A DNA stretch of 61,125 nucleotides from Gammaproteobacteria bacterium (GTDB lineage: Bacteria; Pseudomonadota; Gammaproteobacteria; SZUA-229), in the NCBI GenBank assembly GCA_030595185.1, contig JAUVDT010000002.1, forward strand, positions 1 to 61,125, written 5' to 3'. The first letter of the stretch is position 1. Each line of letters starts with the position of its first letter. Shown in pieces: positions 10,608 through 18,510 of the stretch. Made by a program: the position numbers and the translations under genes. Below the pieces are notes generated by a model. The model was not told the DNA's origin. It saw nothing but the letters and a program-made list of their open reading frames with translations, and did no database searches.

Positions 10608-11345
10608 ATGGTGTTTATGTCTAATCCTCTTTATCTTGGAATTAATATTGATCACGTTGCTACTCTCAGAGAAGCAAGAGGTACTTCTTATCCTGACCCT
10701 GTACATGCAGCTTTACAAGCTGAGTTATCAGGTGCAAGCAGCATTACAATGCATTTGAGAGAAGATAGGAGACACATTCAGGATGAAGATGTTTACCGTA
10801 TGAAAGCTGCAATCCAAACAAAATTAAATCTAGAAATGGCTGTTACTGATGAAATGATTGAAATTGCATCAAAAGTTAAGCCTGAAGATTGTTGTTTAGT
10901 ACCTGAAAAAAGGGAAGAGCTAACAACTGAGGGTGGGTTAGATGTGCTTGGCCAAGAAGATAAAATAAAGAGTGCATGTTCGAAATTAGCTGCATCAGGA
11001 ATTAGAGTATCTTTGTTTATTGATGCTGATAAAGATCAGATTGATGCATCAAAAAGATGTGGTGCACCTATTATTGAAATACACACAGGGCATTATGCAG
11101 ACTTAAAAAATGAAGTAGATAAAGGTGAAGAACTCAATAGAATTAAAGAAATGGCTAAGTACGCACATTCAATAGGTTTGCAGGTAAATGCGGGTCATGG
11201 TTTGAATATTCATAATGTTTCTGCCATTGCTGCAATAGAAGAAATTGTTGAGCTAAATATTGGCCACGCCATCATAGCTGATTCAGTTTTTCTTGGTCTA
11301 CCTGAAGCAGTTAAGCTAATGAAATCAAGAATGGTGAGAAATTAA
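10608..11345 (+). CDS. pdxJ: Pyridoxine 5'-phosphate synthase
   Basis: [16 protein letters not shown] and IEIHTGHYA motifs. The start may be ATG 10617 instead of 10608. Confidence 0.95.
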   Translation: MVFMSNPLYLGINIDHVATLREARGTSYPDPVHAALQAELSGASSITMHLREDRRHIQDEDVYRMKAAIQTKLNLEMAVTDEMIEIASKVKPEDCCLVPEKREELTTEGGLDVLGQEDKIKSACSKLAASGIRVSLFIDADKDQIDASKRCGAPIIEIHTGHYADLKNEVDKGEELNRIKEMAKYAHSIGLQVNAGHGLNIHNVSAIAAIEEIVELNIGHAIIADSVFLGLPEAVKLMKSRMVRN

Positions 11346-11351
11346 TTATTA

Positions 11352-14144
11352 TTACTGAGTTGCTTTTAAAGCCTGGTATTCAATCAGCTCTTTAATTGAG
11401 GCAAGAAGGTATTCAGTATCTTCTTGTAGTGTGTCTAGTTCATTCGTATCAATTTTGTTTTCTAATACCGATGCCGCTTCTCTAAGTTTAGGTACGCCGC
11501 AATAGCTAGTCGCGCCGTGTATTTTATGCGTATGGTACTTAAGACCTTTGATGTTATTTTTTTCTAATGCCAGATTTATATTGCTTTCATAATTTGGCAA
11601 TTCTGTTATCAACATTTCAAATAGCTCTTCAGCTAATTCACTATTCCCACCGGCTAATTTTAAAGCTTCTTCTGAGTCAAAACATTGCAGTGTTTTGGGC
11701 TTTTCAGAGTTAAGTATGCTTTTATTTTCCTTGTGTGTTTTTTCGGGTGTTAAGCTTTTTATGTCTTGAGAAGTGTTTGTATTGCAATAGTGATTTATTA
11801 TTTCAAAAATTTGATGTTCAGTAACAGGTTTTATTAGTATGTCATTCATGCCTGATGCGATGATTTTTTCTTTTTCTTCAGGCATTGCATTGGCTGTTAG
11901 TGCAATAATGGTTGTATTTACATTGTAGGTAGATTTCTTCCGAATGCTAAGAGTTGCATCGATACCATCCATTTCTGGCATGTGAAGATCCATGAAAATA
12001 AGATCGAACTTCAAATCTTCGCAGAGTGTTACTGCTTCTAGTCCATTGGTGGCTCTGTGGGTATGAATTTTCCAGTTTTCCAGTATGGAATTAGCAAGGT
12101 GTAAGTTGATCTGATTGTCATCAACAATAAGAATATTTAGGTGAGACCAGTCTGCATTGAGGTTTACTTTCTCTCTTAACTCTATCTCCGTTTTCTTGCC
12201 GGTGAAAAAGTTATTTACAATCATTAATGTTTTATCAAATGTATTGTTTCTGAAAAGACAGACAGAAAATCCTTGGTCGTAATAGAAATTGTAGTGTTCT
12301 TGTTCTGCTGAGCTTATTAAAGCAAAAACAGGGATGTTTTTTTCATTGCATAACTTTGTGAATTCTGAAAAATCAGTTTTTTGTAATGTTTGTTCATAGC
12401 TAATACCAATTAACATGTAATCTAAGTGAATCATGCTACTTTTTAATAGTGAATTTAATTGTTTGATGTTGTTAACTTGCTGTATGTTTGATTTCCAGAT
12501 ATTTAATAATTGTCGGCTACTAAGTCTTAATTGAGGTGTGCATTCATAAAGAATAACGTGTTTATCTTTAATGTTTGAAAAATCATATTCATGTATTCGA
12601 AATGATTGTTTGAGCGGGAGTGATAACCAGAAAACAGAACCTGAATCTAAGGTACTTTCGAAGTTTATTTCACCATTTAATAAGTTGGCTAAACTTCTTG
12701 AAATCACGAGTCCAAGGCCAGTCCCACCAAAACGCCTTGTAATAGAGGTATCTGCTTGCGTGAATGCATTAAACAGACGCTGTTTGTTTGACTCACTCAT
12801 ACCTACGCCGGTATCAGTAATTGTGAATTTAAAATCATAATTATTGTCGGATGATTTAGAGAAAAGGATTCTTATAGCAACATATCCTTTTTGAGTGAAT
12901 TTTATTGCATTACCTATTAGGTTTAAGAGTATTTGTCTAATTCTTATAGGGTCGCTAAATAAGAATCTTGGCATATCTATTGCTCTGTGAAAGATAAGTT
13001 CAATATTTTTCTTTTGTGCGAGCGGTAGCATTATGGTGATAATTTCTTCAATTAGCTCTAGCAAGTCGAATTCAATAATATCAACATCAAGTTTTCCTGA
13101 TTCTATTTTAGAAAAATCAAGAATGTCATTTATTATTGTTAATAAACTGTTAGCTGAGGTGTGTATGGTGTCGATATATTGGTGTTGTTGATTGGATAAA
13201 TTTGTTTTTTCAAGTAACTCTATAAAACCAATGATACCGTTCATTGGTGTGCGTATTTCGTGGCTCATATTGGCTAAAAATTCTGATTTTATCCTGCTTG
13301 CATCGAGTGCCATGCTTTTAGAAATATCTAGCGTGATGTTCTTTTTTTCAAGTTCATCAAGAGTGTTTTTAAGTGAGCTGGTAGCGGCAGAGACCTGGTT
13401 TTGTAAGTTGTGTCTTGTTATTGAAAGTTCTTCTGTCATGTTGTTGAAACCTTTAACTAAGGTTTCAAGTTCTCCAGAGGTTTCTGTGTTCACGTGTACA
13501 TTTAAGTTGCCGGCTGCTATGCGTCTAACAGCACTTGTCAGGCTTTGTATGGGGTTGATAACACCTTGGCTAATGTAAAGTGCAAGGATAGTACTAAGAA
13601 TAAGACCAATAAATGCAATAACGATACTTTTGAAAAATATATTAAACTGTTGTTCGGTTGCTTGCATTGATGACATTGTAAGAACAACTGTTCCAATATT
13701 ATTACTAATTTCTGGTATGTCAGGTTTAATGCTGTAATCAAAGTTTTTTATTTTTTTTGTAGTATTAATTATTTTAACTTTAAACGTTAAGTAGTTTTCA
13801 TTAATTAAGAAATTGTAAGGACTTTTGTTGACTACAGACTTACCGTCATGTGTAACAGATGAAATGATTTCATTTCTTATATTGAGAATTATTATTTCAT
13901 GAATGTCGCCATCTTTGTATGTGGTTTTTATATGGCGGTCGAGGAATTCAATGTTGTTGGATAGTATTCCAATTTCACTGATTTTAGACAGATGTTCGGA
14001 AAGGTCTAATCCTCTCTGATTTAATGCGGTATCTACATCTTGAATGCTGGAATAAGTAAAGTAACCTGCAAGAGAAAATACTGTTATGGCCGTTGGGAGT
14101 AGCGCAAGTAAAAGTACTCTTTTTCTGATGCTGTAATTAGACAT
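11352..14144 (-). CDS. gacS: Hybrid sensor kinase of the GacS/BarA type (TM-periplasmic-TM-HAMP-HisKA-HATPase-pseudoreceiver-REC-HPt)
   Basis: H-box SHEIRTPMNG, N-box GNAIKFT, G-boxes DTGVGM and GGTGLGL. REC has VDDN...FMDLHMPEMDG...IKPV; HPt has HKIHGATSYCG. The divergent cysM-rlmD neighbours match Pseudomonas gacS (cysM) and E. coli barA (rlmD) synteny. Confidence 0.85.
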   Translation of the reverse strand: MSNYSIRKRVLLLALLPTAITVFSLAGYFTYSSIQDVDTALNQRGLDLSEHLSKISEIGILSNNIEFLDRHIKTTYKDGDIHEIIILNIRNEIISSVTHDGKSVVNKSPYNFLINENYLTFKVKIINTTKKIKNFDYSIKPDIPEISNNIGTVVLTMSSMQATEQQFNIFFKSIVIAFIGLILSTILALYISQGVINPIQSLTSAVRRIAAGNLNVHVNTETSGELETLVKGFNNMTEELSITRHNLQNQVSAATSSLKNTLDELEKKNITLDISKSMALDASRIKSEFLANMSHEIRTPMNGIIGFIELLEKTNLSNQQHQYIDTIHTSANSLLTIINDILDFSKIESGKLDVDIIEFDLLELIEEIITIMLPLAQKKNIELIFHRAIDMPRFLFSDPIRIRQILLNLIGNAIKFTQKGYVAIRILFSKSSDNNYDFKFTITDTGVGMSESNKQRLFNAFTQADTSITRRFGGTGLGLVISRSLANLLNGEINFESTLDSGSVFWLSLPLKQSFRIHEYDFSNIKDKHVILYECTPQLRLSSRQLLNIWKSNIQQVNNIKQLNSLLKSSMIHLDYMLIGISYEQTLQKTDFSEFTKLCNEKNIPVFALISSAEQEHYNFYYDQGFSVCLFRNNTFDKTLMIVNNFFTGKKTEIELREKVNLNADWSHLNILIVDDNQINLHLANSILENWKIHTHRATNGLEAVTLCEDLKFDLIFMDLHMPEMDGIDATLSIRKKSTYNVNTTIIALTANAMPEEKEKIIASGMNDILIKPVTEHQIFEIINHYCNTNTSQDIKSLTPEKTHKENKSILNSEKPKTLQCFDSEEALKLAGGNSELAEELFEMLITELPNYESNINLALEKNNIKGLKYHTHKIHGATSYCGVPKLREAASVLENKIDTNELDTLQEDTEYLLASIKELIEYQALKATQ

Positions 14145-14481
14145 TATTTTATTGCTACTCTTTCTTTTTTATAGCGAACCACCTCTGTAAGGTGAAAACT
14201 TATGTATACGTTGAATATCATACTGATGATAGGAAGTTTAATCATTATATGAATCTACTGTATTAAAAAGATTCATGTTCACTGACGCTGATATAAGAGA
14301 TTCTGTCATTATTGTTGTATGTGGCACTGTCCTTGATGCTGTAATTAACATGATTGAGTCGCGTTTATTGTTGCTGATTATTATTAATCAAGCAATGACC
14401 TTAAGCTCGTAATAGCATAGAATACCATTATTAACACTTCTTCTTTATGACCTAAAAAATTATAACTTATTCTGTAAAATA

Positions 14482-15384
14482 ATGATGAAAAAAGACTACC
14501 CCACAATAGAACAATTTATTGGTAAAACCCCTTTAGTTCGACTGCAGCGTATTCATGCCAATTCAAGCAACACAATTCTGGTTAAGCTCGAAGGTAATAA
14601 CCCGGCTGGTTCAGTTAAAGACAGGCCTGCTATCGGTATGATTCAGGCAGCTGAAGAGCGTGGAGATATCAAACCCGGTGATGTATTGATTGAGGCTACC
14701 TCAGGCAATACAGGGATAGCATTGGCGATGGCAGCCGCTATTCGAGGCTATAAGATAAAACTAGTTATACCTGACAATATGACGATTGAGCGTAAAGCTG
14801 CAATGGCTGCATATGGTGCGGAGCTTATTTTGGTGACGCGTGAGCAGAGTATGGAGGGTGCCAGAGACCTGGCGCTTGAAATGCAAGCCAGAGGTGAAGG
14901 CACGGTCTTAGATCAATTTAACAATATCGATAACCCTAATGCTCATTATTATTCGACAGGTCCAGAAATTTGGCAGGATACTGACGGTGAAATTACTCAT
15001 TTTGTGAGCGCTATGGGAACCACCGGAACTATAATGGGTGTTTCGCATTATCTGAAAGAACAAAACAGTAATATACAGATTGTTGGGGTACAGCCTGAAG
15101 AAGGTTCAAGTATACCGGGAATAAGGCGCTGGCCTAAAGAGTATCTACCTGGCATATTTGAAGCGGCAAGGGTTGATCAAATAATTGATATTGGACAGCA
15201 AGATGCTGAAGAAACAACGCGTCTGCTTGCATCTCAAGAAGGCATATTTTGTGGTGTATCTTCAGGTGGAGCTGTAGCTGCTGCTTTAAAACTATCGAGT
15301 GAAATTGAAAATGCAACAATTGTTGCCATTATTTGTGACCGTGGTGATCGTTATCTATCAACGGGAATATTTAACCCCGATTGA
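14482..15384 (+). CDS. cysM: Cysteine synthase B (O-acetylserine sulfhydrylase B)
   Basis: PLP-lysine motif NPAGSVKDRPA and SGNTG loop, 300 aa. Divergent from gacS as in pseudomonads. Confidence 0.9.
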   Translation: MMKKDYPTIEQFIGKTPLVRLQRIHANSSNTILVKLEGNNPAGSVKDRPAIGMIQAAEERGDIKPGDVLIEATSGNTGIALAMAAAIRGYKIKLVIPDNMTIERKAAMAAYGAELILVTREQSMEGARDLALEMQARGEGTVLDQFNNIDNPNAHYYSTGPEIWQDTDGEITHFVSAMGTTGTIMGVSHYLKEQNSNIQIVGVQPEEGSSIPGIRRWPKEYLPGIFEAARVDQIIDIGQQDAEETTRLLASQEGIFCGVSSGGAVAAALKLSSEIENATIVAIICDRGDRYLSTGIFNPD

Positions 15385-15580
15385 TGATTGGTAATTAAGG
15401 CAGGGTATATTGATTACCTTGCCTAGCTCGTCAAAGAAAATATCTAGTTGTTCTAAACAGATAAATACAATCAATATATTAAACGATGATGCGCATCTGA
15501 CATTGGTGCATTTTAATGTATTTGATTTGTTGCAGATGTACTAGACTCATAAATTATACGTATATTTTGGAGACCTTATA

Positions 15581-16924
15581 GTGGGTAAAAGAAGAGGCCG
15601 TAGACGCGCCAGAAAACTACCGGATTCACCTGTTGATTGCCTTATTGAAGGTTTGACAACAGAAGGCCGAGGTTTGGTGCATATCAATGATAAAGCGGTT
15701 TTTGTTGATGGTGCTTTGCCGGGTGAAAAAGTAAAAATTGAATATACAGCAAGCACTTCAAAATATGATGAAGCGAAAGTTCTTGAGGTTATTAAAGCAT
15801 CAAATGATCGTGTGGAGCCCCCGTGTCAACATGCAAATATCTGTGGTGGTTGTAGTCTTCAACATTTAAATACAGATAAACAAATTGAGATCAAACAAAC
15901 AGCTTTAATTGAATCACTAGAATATATTGGCAAGGTTAAGGCAGATGAAATTCTGCCTGTCATTTCGGGGCCTGCTGTGGGTTACCGTTATAAAGCGCGT
16001 TTGGGTGTTCGTTATGTCGCAAAAAAAGAGCGTGTGCTAGTTGGCTTTAGAGAGAAAAGAAGTAACTTCTTAGCGTTAATCGATCAGTGTGAAGTGCTGG
16101 ATAGCAGAGTAGGTCATAAACTTTCTGCATTATCGGCACTAATATACGGTCTGGATGCGAGAGAGCATATACCTCAAATTGAAGTCGCTATTGACGATAA
16201 AGATGTAGTTCTGGTGTTCAGGCACCTGGAAGCATTGTCAGATTCTGATTTATCAAAATTGGTCGATTTTGCCAAGAATGAAAATTTTGTGATTATGTTG
16301 CAATCGGGTGGACCAAAAACAATACAAAACCTGTGGCCGGAAGACTTTAAAAATTTATCATATTCATTAAAAGATCAAGATATTCATTTTGATTTTGATG
16401 CAAACGATTTTACCCAGGTTAATCCGCAAATTAATCAAAAAATGATTAATCGTGTGATTGATCTTCTTGATATTCAGCCTGATGAAAAGGTGTTGGATTT
16501 GTTTTGTGGTTTAGGTAATTTTACTCTGCCTCTGGCTCAAAAAGGTGCGCATGTTATCGGTATTGAAGGTAGTCAGGAATTAGTTAATAAGGCTATTAGT
16601 AACGCGACGAAGAACAATATTACTAATGCAGAATTTCATGCTGTTGATTTGTCGTTGAAATTAGAAGGTCAGCGTTGGTTAGGGCAAACATACGATAAAA
16701 TTTTATTGGACCCGCCGCGTTCAGGTGCTATGGAAATGATTCACTATTTGGGTAAGTTGGGTGCTAGCAAAATTGTTTATGTTTCTTGTCAACCAACAAC
16801 TTTGGCGCGAGATGCGGGTGTTCTAGTCAATGAATACGGTTATCGTTTATTGTCAGCGGGTGTAATGGATATGTTTCCGCACACAGCTCATGTCGAATCG
16901 ATTGCTGTGTTTGAAAAGGTTTAA
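15581..16924 (+). CDS. rlmD: 23S rRNA (uracil1939-C5)-methyltransferase
   Basis: TRAM-like N-terminus, Fe-S cysteines CQHANICGGCSLQH, SAM motif DLFCGLGNFTLPLA, catalytic VSCQP. GTG start with GGAG 9 nt upstream. Confidence 0.92.
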   Translation: MGKRRGRRRARKLPDSPVDCLIEGLTTEGRGLVHINDKAVFVDGALPGEKVKIEYTASTSKYDEAKVLEVIKASNDRVEPPCQHANICGGCSLQHLNTDKQIEIKQTALIESLEYIGKVKADEILPVISGPAVGYRYKARLGVRYVAKKERVLVGFREKRSNFLALIDQCEVLDSRVGHKLSALSALIYGLDAREHIPQIEVAIDDKDVVLVFRHLEALSDSDLSKLVDFAKNENFVIMLQSGGPKTIQNLWPEDFKNLSYSLKDQDIHFDFDANDFTQVNPQINQKMINRVIDLLDIQPDEKVLDLFCGLGNFTLPLAQKGAHVIGIEGSQELVNKAISNATKNNITNAEFHAVDLSLKLEGQRWLGQTYDKILLDPPRSGAMEMIHYLGKLGASKIVYVSCQPTTLARDAGVLVNEYGYRLLSAGVMDMFPHTAHVESIAVFEKV

Positions 16925-16942
16925 CGTTAACTAACGTTAAAC
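16919..16942. repeat. Perfect 11+2+11 inverted repeat GTTTAACGTTA-AC-TAACGTTAAAC spanning both convergent stop codons (rlmD and the FHA gene)
   Basis: Read directly from the sequence. The reverse complement of GTTTAACGTTA is TAACGTTAAAC. The rlmD TAA (16922-16924) and the FHA-gene stop (16927-16929, minus strand) both lie inside it. Confidence 0.9.
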
Positions 16943-17658
16943 TCCATCTTAATGCCAGCCACCTCTATAATGTCATTGTTATTTAAAGGGCTTGCTTTAG
17001 AACCAACAGGGTCGCCATTGATGGTTGGGTGACCGCTGTTTGCGCCACCTTCGACATGTAAAATATAATAACCAGTAGGGCGTCGCGTAATTGCAGCTAC
17101 CTGCACACCTGGTTTCCCAAGAGTGGTTAATATTTTTGTAAGCGGTAATGTTTTTCCTGAATTAGCACCACTCAATAATTGCAAACTGGCTTTATTGAGT
17201 TTGACGGGAGCCTTTGCTGAACTGTGTTCAGAAGCAAGTTTGGCGGCAATTTCTCCCATTTGTTTATCAATATTAGAATTACCTGCTTTTTCTGGCATAC
17301 CGACAGAATCAGGGCGAATGATCATTGTTTTTTCAAACTCACCTTCCGGTACTGCAGGTGTTGTAGGGATAGAATCATTCATGAAGTTTAATTGATACTT
17401 GCCAATTTTAATTTCATCGCCGCTTTTAAGAGCGTATTTCTTAATTAGATTACCGTTTACGTAAGTTCCGTTACTGCTATTTAAATCTTCAATAAAACAA
17501 TCGACACCAATCATTAATATGTGGGCGTGATGCCCGCTAACGGATAAGTTATCAATACAAATATCATTGTCTTTATTTCGACCAAGTGTTGTTGTGTTGG
17601 CCGCAATTTCATATTCGGATTGGATTTTAGAATCATGAGATATAGTTAGTTTAAGCAT
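16927..17658 (-). CDS. Dual FHA-domain protein
   Basis: N-terminal FHA (TLGRNKDNDICIDNLSVSGHHAHI...IEDLNSSNGTYVNG). A second FHA-like module at the C-terminus (TLGKPGVQVAAI...INGDPV...DIIEVAGIKMEF). Last gene of the kinase-phosphatase operon. Confidence 0.85.
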   Translation of the reverse strand: MLKLTISHDSKIQSEYEIAANTTTLGRNKDNDICIDNLSVSGHHAHILMIGVDCFIEDLNSSNGTYVNGNLIKKYALKSGDEIKIGKYQLNFMNDSIPTTPAVPEGEFEKTMIIRPDSVGMPEKAGNSNIDKQMGEIAAKLASEHSSAKAPVKLNKASLQLLSGANSGKTLPLTKILTTLGKPGVQVAAITRRPTGYYILHVEGGANSGHPTINGDPVGSKASPLNNNDIIEVAGIKMEFNVS

Positions 17659-17681
17659 TTTAATTTATCCAGCTTTGAATA

Positions 17682-18509
17682 TTAGGAAAATATGCCTTTA
17701 AATTTAGACACTAGTTTATTCAGGCTTAACCCTTGTTTATTAGGTTCAATAATAATCACGGAAACGTTGTCATGCCCACCGTTGTCGAGTGCTTGTTGAA
17801 TCAGCTCACTACAAGCCGATTCAATATGGGTTGAGTTTTCTTCCATGATCATTGTAATTCTTCTGTCATCTACCATATCGGAAAGGCCATCAGAACATAA
17901 TAAGTAGCTGTCATTGGGTAGTACTATTTCTTCGGTGACATCGACTTTAATGGTGTCTTCAATACCTAATGCGCGAGTAACAAGGTTTTTATTGAGTGAC
18001 TTTTCAGCCTCTTCAGGTGTATAAAAACCACGATCAATCAGTTCTTGAAGCAAAGAGTGATCATTTGTTATTTGTGTCATTGCATGGTCGCGTAAGCGAT
18101 ACATTCTAGAGTCGCCAACATGAGCGACAGTTAGTCTGTTATCGTAAAACATGGTGACAACGATGGTTGTACCCATGCCTTCATATTGAATTTGTTTACT
18201 CGCGGCTTTAAAAATAATTGAATTGGCTTTTTCAACGACATTTTTAATGGCCATGCTTTGGTAGCTATAACCACTAACATTCTCATCAATCTCAAGATTT
18301 TTGCATCTCTCTAATTCACCAGGGAGGTCATTCAAAACTGAATTGACAGCCAGTGCACTGGCAACTTCGCCGCCTTTATGACCACCCATGCCATCTGCCA
18401 GTACAGCGAGACCTATTGAAAGGTCGTTACCGATACTGTCTTCATTGTGGGCACGAATTAGACCGGTGTCGGTCATGCCTTCGATATTTATAATGTTTTT
18501 ATCAGCCAT
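17682..18509 (-). CDS. PP2C-family Ser/Thr protein phosphatase
   Basis: RAHNEDS, ADGMGGHKGGEVAS, LLCSDGLSD and GGHDNVSVIII metal-binding motifs. The start codon is 1 nt after the kinase stop. Confidence 0.92.
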   Translation of the reverse strand: MADKNIINIEGMTDTGLIRAHNEDSIGNDLSIGLAVLADGMGGHKGGEVASALAVNSVLNDLPGELERCKNLEIDENVSGYSYQSMAIKNVVEKANSIIFKAASKQIQYEGMGTTIVVTMFYDNRLTVAHVGDSRMYRLRDHAMTQITNDHSLLQELIDRGFYTPEEAEKSLNKNLVTRALGIEDTIKVDVTEEIVLPNDSYLLCSDGLSDMVDDRRITMIMEENSTHIESACSELIQQALDNGGHDNVSVIIIEPNKQGLSLNKLVSKFKGIFS

Positions 18510-18510
18510 G

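Noticed and set aside
12571-13741. Several 67-128-aa ORFs antisense to gacS. The same applies to the antisense ORFs inside the cyclase, kinase, hscA, cysS, yoaA and other genes listed in the track
   Set aside because: All are embedded opposite long, motif-supported genes and have low-complexity translations. They are typical shadow ORFs in AT-rich DNA.
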